From Rhina ancylostomus (taxonomy: Eukaryota), in the NCBI GenBank assembly GCA_030265395.1, contig JARFYF010000002.1:45576293-45640292 (forward strand): a stretch of DNA of 64,000 bases. The letters run 5' to 3'. The translations under genes and the position numbers were made by a program. Positions 52,677 through 64,000 of the stretch are shown in pieces. Each line of letters begins with the position of its first letter. Positions within the stretch are counted from its first letter, which is position 1. The notes under the pieces were generated by a model that saw only the letters and a list, made by a program, of their open reading frames with translations, made no database searches and was not told the origin of the DNA.

Positions 52677-52896
52677 TCTGTAAGGAGTTTGTATGTTCTC
52701 CCTGTGTCTGCGTGGGTTTCCTCCGGGTGCTCCGGTTCACTCCCATATTCCAAAGACATATGGGTTAGGAATTGTGGGCATGCCATGTTGGCACCGGAAG
52801 CATGGCAATACTTGCAGGCCGCCCCCAGAACATTCTACGCAAAGATGCATTTCACTGTGTGTTTCAATGTACATGTGACTAACAAAGAAATCTTAA
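52677..52896 (+). mobile_element. V-SINE (5' part lost in gap), same family as 7809-8117
   Basis: Near-collinear match through tctgtaaggagttt..catttcactgtgtgttt..gtacatgtgactaa..aaagaaatctta. Confidence 0.85.
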
Positions 52897-53749
52897 ATCA
52901 TGCTCCCAACTTGTGCACCTTAGATGGAGGAAAGGAGGTGAGTCATATGCCTCAAAATATCCAGACCCTGACCTACCCTTGAAGCTTCAATGTGATCCAA
53001 TTGAGTATCTGGTCAATGGTGACCTCTGGGATGTTGGCAGTGGTAATACCGATTGAATACCAAGAGTATATGGTTAGAATCATTCTTGATGACATAAAAT
53101 TACACTCCAAGATCAGTGGTTTTCTCTATATATGTAGTCATATTGTAAAACTACCTTGAAAATACTTATGTATTCATAAATGATGGCCAAAACATAGTGA
53201 CTTTTTTTAATTAGAACAAACTTCCACTGAAGGAAGTTGGGATTCCTGCCTGCCAAAGGGATTGCCCTGAACTCAGTGGCCCCTCTCTCGGACTCAGCTC
53301 CCACACCATTTCCATGGCTGCACTAACCTTTTACAGCCTTGCTTGTGCTGTAGGCCTGTTGGCCAGGGCTCTTCCAGTGGACAAGAGCAGTCCATGAGTG
53401 GTGACCTAGCTTCATGCAGAGAATCCTCAAGCCCAGACCTAGGCTCTCCTATTGCTTTAACAGCTCATGCAATCAAAAGACTTTTAACTTGTTGAATGTC
53501 TCTGATAAACAGAAACATTTAAAAATGGTTGAAATAGATATAAATATTCAACAAAACTAAAACAATTTTGAAAAATAAAAATAATACATTTAGTTAGAAA
53601 CAATTGAAGTAATTTAATTAAGATCATTAATATTAAGCAAATAAATATGAATGGACCATGCTACATATTCCAGCCATGCCTGATGTAAAGCCATGCAGCC
53701 TTTGTTCTATTGAATTAAAGGATACTTGAAGATCAAGNNNNNNNNNNGG

Positions 53750-54090
53750 TCTATTGGGCAGCATTGATCCCTGCCAACCAATATTCTTCTGAGACTTGGA
53801 CCACCTACAGCAGAAACCTCAAGGTACTGGAGAGAGACTACCAAAGCTTTCTCCAAAAAATCCACCTAGTTCCCCAGAAAGAGAAGCAAAACAACATCCA
53901 TGTCCTCTCCCAGCCAACATCCCAGGCATTCAGGCCCTAGTTACCCTCAGTTGGCTCCAATAGGTAGGCTACATCACTTGCATGCTGACACCAGAATCCC
54001 AAAACAGACACTCTATTCCAAGATCTGTCATGGGAAGGAATTACCAGGTAATCAGAAAAAGATTCAAGGTGTGCTGAAAGCTTGCTGAAT
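53750..54090 (+). mobile_element. RTE-clade LINE ORF C-terminal fragment
   Basis: Frameshifted pieces ETWTTYSRNLKVLE, SQPTSQ/NIP and DTRIPKQTLYSKICHGK..GNQ match the RTE/BovB motif ETWT.Y....K.LE ... RM.D.RLPK..LY.EL..GKR..GGQ. Confidence 0.75.
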
Positions 54091-56090
54091 GAAATTTCTT
54101 ACTTCCTTATACAAAGCAGTTGATTTATCAGAAAATCACAGATAGGTTGTTCTGATTTTCCTTCCAGTTGACCTTAAATATTCTGACAATAAAGTCATAC
54201 AGTGGGATAAGAACATAACACAATTTGATTGACTATATGATTTTGCTATTTTATCAATTTATTTTAAGCTCTATTGCATAGTAACGAAGTGAACCAAAGG
54301 GGTACAGTGAACATTTTTACAAAGATGCCACAATACAATCTTTATCACTTTAATGTTAACCTTGATACACTGTACATTAATAAATGCCTCCAAGGTTCAT
54401 AAACATTCCTATGGCAATACAAACTAAAGTCTTATTATTGGTACATACAATAATGAAAGCAATTTTAAAGTATATTGATCCTTCATTCAGCATAGTTTCT
54501 CGCCAAGCGTTGTGCAAATTGGTCTAAACTGTTGGTAGATGAGCAGAAAGCATCATTAAAACAGGAGGATTTTTTTTGTCTTCACAAGATTTGCTTCAGT
54601 TATTAGTTTTGGATAAGTTTCTATGTTAGAAATTAGATTCTCCATATGTTGTGAAAATACTAATTAATCTCATTGAGCAGTTGTCTTCAGAGGCTTAAAC
54701 TGAAACCCTCAATTATCTAAAGAGTAAGAAAATATACAAATCTAGATTGTAAAAGAATAAACTCAACTAAAAAACTGCAAGAAGACCACAATGGAACTTC
54801 TGAGAGTAAGAGAGGAACAAACAGGAAGTCCAGCCACGCAAGGGAGAAGATGACCATATCCAAGAGACTGCCAAATTTAATGGATGAGCAATTTTCAAGA
54901 ACACAAATATTCTGCAGGGATAAAATGACTGAAATGGTACAATTACTTGAGATTCTCTGTCATTTGAACTGACGTTGACACAAATAAATATCAGAGCATC
55001 TCTGATTATTATTTATTTTTACCACTTGTCTAAATAATCTTTTGTCATGGATTAGCCAATATAACAGTCAACTACTCTTCAATGCTTGTTACCAGATCCA
55101 TTTTTTCACAAGTCACAAACTCATCCACTTTCAAGAGGTGTCAAGCAAAAGTAATTGCCTGGGAATTCATTACAATTAGGAAGACTGGACACACTACATA
55201 ATAGCAAAAGTGTGTTGTGGTGTCCCCAGAATTCATTCCATTTTGCACTCCGGACCCAAGACAAATTTCTAGACAAATGTGTTCACTTCATAGATATTGG
55301 CTGCATTGATATTATTCAGGTGGAGCAAAGGTACTGAAGTTGATATTATGACCTGCATCACTCATTTTGTTAACATCCACAAAGAACAATTTTGCATATA
55401 TATGCAGAAAAGCTCAGCTGATTATGCATTATTTTGTTCTTTAGCCAGAATTATCAATGTGTTAACTAATAGTTGGATGGTTGTGAAGATATTAGGCCAC
55501 CGTGAGCTTCAAAGAATTACTTCCCAATTGCCATGGCTATGTAATAATGGAAGTAAACATTTCCTCCTGTGCAATAAGAGTACAAATGTGCACCAGTCTT
55601 CAAATAGGAAGAAAAACGGAATTGAAATAATTCGTCCTTTGCTGAGATTTTCTGATGAGCATGCATGGACCTGCGGTAAGGTGACGTGGTGGGGGAATAG
55701 TTTCCAAGGGAAAATACCTTAAATATGAAAGTGTTTCAAAAATGTAGGGACTGACACTTTAATAAGATTAGCCCTTATCTTATGCTATTTTTGGCTTGTA
55801 CTCGTTATATCAAGCCTTCGATTGCATATTTATTTGTTCCCTTTCAGTGTTTCATCTTTACTGCTCAACACCACAAAATTCAACACTCTTTTCCTGACCG
55901 ACTCTTCTAGTTCTGAGAATTTTATTCCCTCCTCCCAGCTCAGCAAAAATAAAACAGCACAAGTGGTCACATTCAACCTTTGTCACAAATAGGAAGAGCA
56001 GGTGCCACTTTAAGATGTGTCTCTTCATATTTCATCACCTGTCCAAGGAATCCTCAACTCTGCCCAGTACATACTGTACTGGAAGAGTAC

Positions 56091-56433
56091 TACTGTAAAT
56101 CTCTAATAATCCAGCACATTGGGGATCTTGATAGTGCTGGACTAGCAGATCTTCTGGACTATTAGATGTTACTAAGACCCCGACACACTTTTCTTTTTTT
56201 TTGGCATTACTCTATTATAATAAACAGTAAGTTTAAAGAGATCATGGGAACCAAGGCCCTGGTGAGTCAAAAAGGAGCACAAGGACTTGGGCCCTGGTTA
56301 ATTGAAAGGGAACATGGGAACTGGGGCTCCAGTGAGTTTTGAGGGAATGCAACAAACCTCACCTATTGTGCCAGATGCCAAACCAACAGGATTTCTGAAT
56401 AATTAGACAGCGAATTATCAGAGTTTTATTGCA
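56091..56433. mobile_element. Tc1/mariner (Tigger/pogo-type) MITE, degenerate
   Basis: Imperfect inverted termini TA-CTGTAAATCTCTAATAATCC and GAATTATCAGAGTTTTATTG-CA, with internal subterminal repeats ctggacta. Confidence 0.55.
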
Positions 56434-57959
56434 GCTGGATTTAGTGAGGAGCTAACGAGAAACCTATGAATGTGTATCACTATTGTGAAATACATTGGGA
56501 ATAACAGGCCAATGTTGCTGAAGTGCCAGAGTGGAAATGCAGCTTGAATATAAGTGAGGTAACTAGGGCTGAATACCAGATACCATATCATTTCTCTGCT
56601 TACAGACCAAGAAAATTGATATTTCTATTGAAGAACAAAGATCTTTAGTAATTTCTCTCCGAATAATATATTCATTCTTAATTGCTAAAAGGGTTAGGGT
56701 GAGCTAATAATACATCAAGATTTGAAGGGTGAAAAGAAAGAACAACATTTTGAGTGTTGACCCTCCACCAGAACAGTTCTGGCAACTATCTGAAATGCTA
56801 ATCAACCCCTTTTCTATTTTGTAGACAGACGGGTGTATTCCAGGGTGCACTGGAATGATGCTTTGATCTCTGAGCCACCACATCAAAATTCATTTGACAC
56901 TGAGGTTTTGGTCCCAATTAACTAGGTATCCCATGTTTAAATGCTTGAAAATGTATTGCCTGTCTGCTCACAAGGCCAGGCTTCAGTCATTGGTGGTTTG
57001 AACTCCAGGCAGCAGTACTTTTATGTCAAGAAGGGAAGGCACAAGCTCAGGATGAGGGTCATGATATCATCCAAGGTCAGGAGGGAGAAGCAAGAACGGC
57101 TTTTTATGGAAGCAGAGGGGAGATCATTGAATTTGGTGATGGAAATGAGGTTAGGAGACCAACTGTACATTGGGAATAAGACATTGGGCAGGAGTATCAT
57201 GGGGTTGGTGATGTGCTGAAAGGGTTCAAGGATTTAGTTAAGTATTTGCTTTTGCACACTCACCAGGTGATGGGTAAACAGTGCCATGAGAGTTCTGGAA
57301 ATAAACAACCGTAAATGGGGTGACATAGGTGATGAGGTGAGACAGACTCAAGTTACNNNNNNNNNNNNNNNNNNNNNNNNNNNNNNNNNNNNNNNNNNNN
57401 NNNNNNNNNNNNNNNNNNNNNNNNNNNNNNNNNNNNNNNNNNNNNNNNNNNNNNNNNNNNNNNNNNNNNNNNNNNNNNNNNNNNNNNNNNNNNNNNNNNN
57501 NNNNNNNNNNNNNNNNNNNNNNNNNNNNNNNNNNNNNNNNNNNNNNNNNNNNNNNNNNNNNNNNNNNNNNNNNNNNNNNNNNNNNNNNNNNNNNNNNNNN
57601 NNNNNNNNNNNNNNNNNNNNNNNNNNNNNNNNNNNNNNNNNNNNNNNNNNNNNNNNNNNNNNNNNNNNNNNNNNNNNNNNNNNNNNNNNNNNNNNNNNNN
57701 NNNNNNNNNNNNNNNNNNNNNNNNNNNNNNNNNNNNNNNNNNNNNNNNNNNNNNNNNNNNNNNNNNNNNNNNNNNNNNNNNNNNNNNNNNNNNNNNNNNN
57801 NNNNNNNNNNNNNNNNNNNNNNNNNNNNNNNNNNNNNNNNNNNNNNNNNNNNNNNNNNNNNNNNNNNNNNNNNNNNNNNNNNNNNNNNNNNNNNNNNNNN
57901 NNNNNNNNNNNNNNNNNNNNNNNNNNNNNNNNNNNNNNNNNNNNNNNNNNNNNNNNTGA

Positions 57960-58079
57960 CAAAGAGAACCTAACTACCTACCCTTGATACTGATGAGTCC
58001 CCTATCATTAACATCCTGGGGGATCACAAGTTGGACCAGCAATGTAACTACTTTGCCTTCAAGAGCAGGTCAGAGGCTT
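57960..58079 (+). mobile_element. CR1-like LINE fragment, 5' part of an interrupted copy
   Basis: gagtcccctatcattaacatcctgggg (INILG) ..tggaccagc..aagagcaggtcagaggct. The element appears to continue at about 59216. Confidence 0.55.
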
Positions 58080-59213
58080 CAGGTGTGGCCCATACCCCAT
58101 TCCTGCACTGTGTAGTCACCCATCTTCCATTTCATCTGGAAATTCAGAATGGATCACTTCCTTCGGGTCAAATGTACTAGTCTCCTGATAAAAAAGGGAA
58201 AGCATATCCAGCATAGTCCTCACCCTGAAGGTCAGCTTTGTGCACGGTTGTATCAAACTGTGCGCAAAGCTGAACTACACAGACACGAAGTATCACTATA
58301 TTCTGATGTTCTATTTGTCGTCGGAGTTGTGATAAATGGGTCTGAGCTCATTGTCACACAACATTCCATTCAGTTGGACCTGTCCTTTGAAGAAAAGTTT
58401 CTGCAGGGAAACATCTTTGACAACAAGTCCAGCAAACAGTGGTTAGCATGAAATGTCCTGCAGGCCCTTTGGAAGAAGGTGGATCCTGCAGGATGGTTTC
58501 CCAAAAAGACTGTCAAAACCAGTTGGCAGAATGCCTCATTGCTAGAATCGACAAACAAACCCCAACACTTCATTTTACTGACAGTGTGAAGAGCTCTACC
58601 AACTACATCCTTCCTACACAGAGTTTCATTTCTGCCACATACTCTCCCTGAAATAGCTGTGGTGCAGATGAGATGATCATCTACCTCCTGGTAGGTGGTG
58701 TTTTTGCCAAGGTCTGGAAAAGTATACAAGTTCCATGTTCAGGTTTACCCCGGCACCTGCTGAACAGAGAACTCTCTGATCTACAGGTTGTTCATGAGAC
58801 AGACATCAGCTGCTGCTGGAAGATCATCAACTGGGCAAAAGACATACTTTGGTCTGCCTGAAACCTGTTAGTCTTTCAGTGTAAAGAGATTTCCATATGT
58901 GAGTGCTGCCAACTGGCACTTTCCAGGGTGCAGGACAATGTGCTGAGACATACACTGAAGTTCAGTTCAACCATTGTGGAGACTTTATAGGAAGGACTAC
59001 AGTTTAGGATCCTGCCAGCAGACGACACTGAGGGGCTGAACCCTGTTTACAGGCCCCCAAATGCAATGGCTTGATTGTTTTAGGAGGAAATATGAGTGGC
59101 TTTGATGTATTGTAAGGAATTGAATGGATGGTACAATGAATGCATAGAAAGACATGTACCAATTATATTACCTCTGTATATACTATGAATATAGTATATA
59201 TTTGGAATAAATT
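58080..59213 (+). mobile_element. Tx1/L1-clade LINE 3' fragment
   Basis: Disrupted ORF2-like pieces FLQGNIFDNKSSKQWLA, WQNAS, CGADE, CCWKIINWAKDILWSA and ECCQLALSRVQD, ending in aataaa near 59206. Confidence 0.55.
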
Positions 59214-59215
59214 AA

Positions 59216-59775
59216 TCTGGATATTCTGTGACAAGTGGTTCACTTCCTCGTATGCTAAAACATTCCACCATCTGCAATGCACAAGGCACCAGTGTGATGG
59301 AGCACTCTCCACTCTTCTGGATGAATGTAGCTCCAACAGCACTCAAGAGGCTCAATGCCAGTGAGCTCAAAGCAGCCTGGTTGATTGGTACCTCATCTAC
59401 CACCCCAAGCATTCATTCTCTCAATGATCAGTACACATTGCCTGTCATCGATACCATCTAAAAAAATTCAATGGGACCAGATTACTTTGACGGCGTCTTC
59501 CAAATCACAACCTGTACCACCAAGAAGGACAAGGGCTTCCGGCACAAACAAACCCCACCATCTGCAGGTCCTGTTCCAAGGCATCATCCTGATTTGGAAA
59601 TATAACACTGTTCCTTCATTATCAATAGGTCTAAATCTCAGAACTCACTCTTCAACTGCACTTCAAGGCACCTTCACTGGAGGGACAGCAGTGTTCAAGA
59701 AGGTGACTACACCTAAGGGTATTAGGGAAAGGCAGTAAATATTGGCATTGCTATTGATGCCTGAATCCCCCCAAA
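59216..59775 (+). mobile_element. CR1-like LINE 3' part
   Basis: STICNAQGTSVMEHSPLFWMNVAPTALKRL..KAAWLIG resembles the CR1 motif T.YKAQVRS.MEY....W..A....L..LD.IQ.KA.RLIG. The 3' UTR ends in a tgaataa tail. Confidence 0.7.
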
Positions 59776-59897
59776 ATGAATAATTTAAAAGAGGTCATTT
59801 TACAGATTATTAAACCCCATCACACAGCCTCTGACACATACCAGTATTCCAGCACCTCCAACTCCTTGCGAGACTGAACAAGTTAGTTCTTTATACA

Positions 59898-60031
59898 GAT
59901 CCTGATACAGGGTTTTCAACCAAAACATCAACAATTCCTTTCCTCCCACAGATGTTGCTCAATTTGTTGAGTTCCACCAGCAGATTGTTTGTTGCTCTAG
60001 ATTCTAGCATCTGCAGTCTCTTATGTCTCCA
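59898..60031 (+). repeat. Penelope-derived short repeat (inverse of the 15608 copy)
   Basis: cctgatacagggttttcaaccaaaacatcaacaattcctttcctcccacagatg..cagcagattgtttgttgct..gcatctgcagtctctt. Confidence 0.65.
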
Positions 60032-60039
60032 CAGATTTT

Positions 60040-60835
60040 AACCTTATTTTATTTCTCCTGATGCTTCTGCATTTCTAAACCTGATGTCTCCAGGGATTTA
60101 TTCTTGCACCTCTCTAACTTCTCATCTACATGCTGCCTTCTCACTGAGATCATCCAAAACTAAAGCATCAATTTCTACTCATACACTGATGACACACAGC
60201 TCTATTGCCTATAAACTGGATCTCACAGCAGTGTTTTATTTTCAATAAAATGCAATCAAAAATCAAATTAACCTGAAGTAAAATCATACTTACAATCATT
60301 TCAGGTCAAATCAATCCAGTTGTGAGATTTGACCTGACACTTCATTTTGTTAGTCACCCTTATGGCCCTGACACAATTTCTGTGCCAGTAAAACATGAAT
60401 GACATTATTCCCCACATAACTTTTTTTCTGAAACATTACATGAGAATTTAGACCATGTTGACTGAGGGAGGCCTGTCATAGAATAACATAGTCTTATTCC
60501 TGTAGAGATAATCTGACCTGCATAAAGTAATATCATTATTTGAATTACAGTCTTCTGAGATAATTGCATTTCTCCAATATTGGCTTCTGGAAAGCCTCAA
60601 TTTAAGCACTACCCAGTTGGCAGTCATGCCTCCAGCTGCCAAGACCCCAGGCTCTGGAATTCCCCAACTGCTCCTCCTCACCTAACTTTCTACATCTCCT
60701 TACCTCTTTACACTCTTAAAACTCTTTGACCAAGCATTTGGTCATCTGCCTTAATATGTCCTGATGTAGCTGGGTGTCAATCTGTAATTCCTGTAAAGCA
60801 ACTTTGAAAGGTTTTTATTTGTTAAAGGCACATTC
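60040..60835 (+). mobile_element. L2-clade LINE remnants (RT core piece and 3' end)
   Basis: FYSYTDDTQLY (YADD motif) at about 60172-60205, and an L2-type end ctctggaattccc..ctctttgaccaagcatttgg..gtaaagc..ttaaaggc. Confidence 0.6.
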
Positions 60836-61321
60836 AAAAAACATCATTGCACATAATGTTATTGTAATATTGCTCTCACTATTCCTTCCCATCATCTGCT
60901 GCCTATTATTTACCAGCAAGTCTTCAGAGTTGGTTAATTGCTTTCTCATACTGCCTGTCTTGTTGCTTAGGCAGAAAGGAAATTTTAACCATAACCTTTG
61001 AGGTCTGTTCTATCAGTCATTTTAGTTTTTTAACACAGAGATAGTTTACGCTATCTAGAAATCTTTTTTCACTAAGCATTTTTGTTTGGTGAAGGATTAG
61101 GAACAGAAGAAACATGCCATGTAGGTAATACTGCATCTTTTGCAATTCTCTATGATTCATCCTTAAGCTGCTTCCTGCCAATAATGGGTCAAACCTGCAC
61201 ATGTTTATCTGTGTTCTCATGGACTCACTGGTGTGCAGAGATAACAATGCCCCCGAGGAGGTGTCACAATAGTGTACAGTTTTTCAGACAAACCTACAGA
61301 CAGACATATAAGAACTTATGA

Positions 61322-62200
61322 TTGGTAAACTGGTAAATTGGCTTATTATTGTCACATGTACCGAGGTACAGTGAAAAACTTGTCTTGCATTCCATTCATA
61401 CAGATAATTTTATCACATCAGTACTTTGAGATAGTACAAGGGAAAAACAATAACAGAATGCAGAATAAAGTGTTACAGTTACAGAGAACGTACAGTGCAG
61501 GCAGATACTAAGGTGCAAGACTATGACAAGGTAGATTGTGAGGTCGTGAGTCCATCTTATCATACAAGGAGACCGTTCAATAGACTTATAACAATGAGAT
61601 AGAAGCTGTCCTTGAGCCTGGTGATACATGCTTTCAGGCTTTTGTATCTTCTGCCTGATGGGAGGGGGGAGAAGTAAGAATGTCTGGGGTGCATGGGGCC
61701 TTTGATTACATTGGCTACTTTACCAAGGTAGTGAGAAGTGTAGACAGAATCCATGGAGGTTAGGCTGGTTCCCATGATGTGCTGAGCTGTGTCCACAATT
61801 CTCTGCAGTTTCTTGCAGTCTCGGGCAGAGCAGTTACCATACCAAGCCATGATGCATCCAGATAGAACACTTTCTATGGTGCATTTACAAAAATTGGCGA
61901 GGATCAACAGGGACATGCCAAATTTCTTTAGCCTCCTAAGGAAGTAGAGGTGCTGGTGAGCTTTCTTGGCCATGGCGTCCACATGATTGGACCAGGACAG
62001 GCTATTGGTGATGTTCACTCCTAGGAACTGGAAGCTTTCAACCCTCTCGACCTCATCACCATTGATGTAAGCAGAAGCATCATTACCGCCCTCCCTTCTT
62101 GAAGCCAATAACCAGCTCCTTTTTTTTGCAGACATTGAGGGAAATGTTGCTGTCATGACACCATGTCACTGAGTTCTCTATCTCCTTCCCGTACTGCAAC
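61322..62200 (-). mobile_element. Rex1/Babar-clade LINE 3' fragment
   Basis: ORF 61560-62156 contains VERVESFQFLGVNIT..LSWS.H...KKAHQHLYFLRRLKKF..TIESVLSGCI.AWYGNC..HP....F.PLPSGRRY. The 3' UTR has aataag followed by a (ccaatttacca) repeat tail. Confidence 0.9.
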
Positions 62201-62884
62201 TCAAAAGTTAATGATGAGCTCAACTTTGCTTGCACAGAGCCCTTTGAAACAGTGGCAGGTGTTTAACCTGACCTGCTGTGTGTCGTTCCATCATGCAAGT
62301 CAAAGGCACCTTGCCTAGGCAAATCAATTCCTGTCGTTCCTGACTGAAAACACTCAGTCACATTTTCTTGCCTTGAGAAGGTGCATACCGCACATGGGTA
62401 AACAGACATTTAAGAGTGGTCCCCATAAAACCCACAATAACAGTTACCTGTCTATCTACCCAGTCAAATAGAAAAGAATAAGAACTATAAGATTAAGAAA
62501 GTATAAATGAATTATGTAACTGTAAAAATTTCTGAAGCATCCTGTAAAAAATCTTAAATAGTTTTATATTAGTGCTCCTGTAGAAAAGCAGTTTCTCTCC
62601 AGTCATCACAACCAAAGCAGCAGGACACATTTCCAATTTATCCACATTTTATCAACTCTTGCTGTCAGTCATATAATCAAATGTGTTTATATGTGGTAAT
62701 GTGCAGTATACTATTAAGTTGCAAGCTTTGCTCTTTATGAAAGTTTCTCTAATGGGAATAACAAGCAAAATGGTTGACTGTTGTGGGCCAGTGCATGCAT
62801 CCAAGATTAGGGATTGACCTGCAGCTACTTGTGCTAGGTCAATGAATCATTTGACAACTTCAGGTACACCAGGTATTGAAGTGA

Positions 62885-63402
62885 TATGTGGGATAGTACC
62901 TTCAAGTCATGAGTCAATTGATAATATTGTTACTTCTGAAGCAGGAGGTTATGGGTTCCAAGTCCCAGTCCAGAGATGTGTAAGAATCTAGGCTGCCATT
63001 CTAGTGCAATTCTAAAGCAGTACCCCACTTACAGTGGTTCTGTTAGAATGAGATGTTAAACCAAATCCCATTTTCATGAGTTGAATGTCATAGTGCCTCA
63101 TGGCACTATTTTGAGGAAGATTCGGGAAGTTCTTTTCAGTGAATTGACCCATGTTTATTCCTCAATCAACATCACTTTTACAAAATAATTATTACTTTTT
63201 GGCATTTACGACGTAGCAGACATACTGCTGCATTTTTTTTGTTACTTTTCAGCAGTGACTGCTCTTGAGGTATTTTGAGGTATTAGGTTGGGCAATTTGA
63301 GGTATTTTGAGGTATTAGGGATTTACAAAATACCATTTTGTAGTTTGAAAGGTAAGTTGACCTGAAGTTGAAAGGTATGGTGTGAATACAAGTCTGTCTT
63401 CC
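62885..63402 (+). mobile_element. Degenerate DeuSINE/SacSINE-like SINE
   Basis: tRNA-like head ggttatgggttccaagtccc, body gatgttaaacc..ggcactattttgaggaaga..tttattcctcaatcaacatcact, L2-type tail tgaaagg..aatacaagtct. Confidence 0.55.
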
Positions 63403-64000
63403 CTTCAACTCCTGTTTTTACTCAATCAAAAAAGGCTCGATGGTGCTGTTAATCCTGCAATACTAATGTTTCATTTACTAGAGAAAGCAACTCTGCTAAC
63501 CTCAATGACTGTAAGAGATTGTTCATTTGTACTTGGACACATAGCGTGAGGGATTGCAACTGTTGACCTTTGATTCCATCACAGAGAAGGAACAATATCC
63601 TGAAAGACTTGAAGTTTTGCTAAAAAAATGGTATAATGGGACTGAGTAAAACACTGCACAGACCAAGCCTAAATAAAAAGCAAAGTGCATGCCAGATCCT
63701 TAGAAATAGCATAATCAATATTAGTGAAAGCTGCATGACTCAAACAGTTTATTCTAAGTAAATCAATGACAGAAAGAAAGACTGACGCAAAGTTCAGATT
63801 TAGTCATATGAAATTTCTATACTATGTGGTGATGGAATGCAATAATAAAGGATTTTAAATTAATTTTAATCCCTATTTACATCTAACTACAAAATAATCC
63901 ACAGGAATAATATGTCAATATGATGGGTAATCCTGACATTTGCATGCATGAGAGGTTTCCCATACAAACCAATGGAAAACATTTTGTCTGTCTTCACACA

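Noticed and set aside
61560-62156. 198-aa ORF as a host gene
   Set aside because: It is the C-terminal part of a Rex1/Babar retrotransposon ORF with its UTR tail, and it lacks the RT core.
63241-63270. Minus-strand GTCACTGCTGAAAA|GTAAC resembling triadin exon 1 (ITAEG)
   Set aside because: No in-frame ATG nearby, and it lies within a SINE body. Exon 1 is probably beyond the window.
1-64000. CRISPR arrays, operons, tRNA or rRNA genes
   Set aside because: The sequence is eukaryotic and mostly intronic. I saw no regularly spaced repeats, and the tRNA-like boxes belong to SINE heads.

Overview
AT-rich vertebrate genomic DNA with many N gaps, most likely from a cartilaginous fish, judging by V-SINE/HE1-like and DeuSINE/SacSINE-like SINEs and by CR1, L2, Rex1, RTE, Tx1 and Penelope-derived relics. 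The window lies inside a triadin (TRDN) gene on the minus strand. I can place eight internal coding exons, all phase 1-1 with lengths divisible by 3: 207, 144, 30, 30, 12, 72, 297 and 60 nt. Exon 1 and the distal skeletal-isoform exons appear to lie outside the window. Highlights: (1) read-through of a weak donor gives a short Trisk32/CT1-like isoform with a 30-aa tail; (2) two paralogous 30-nt micro-exons and a 12-nt micro-exon; (3) loss of the mammalian Asn75 sequon, with two new sequons in the read-through tail; (4) a Ginger-like TIR element with UG/CA arms just upstream of an acceptor; (5) several Penelope-type repeats carrying degenerate minimal hammerhead ribozyme cores; (6) a few isolated hairpins. 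Exon boundaries were read from splice sites by eye. Repeat boundaries and family names are approximate and were not database-checked. Most ORFs in the supplied track are spurious.
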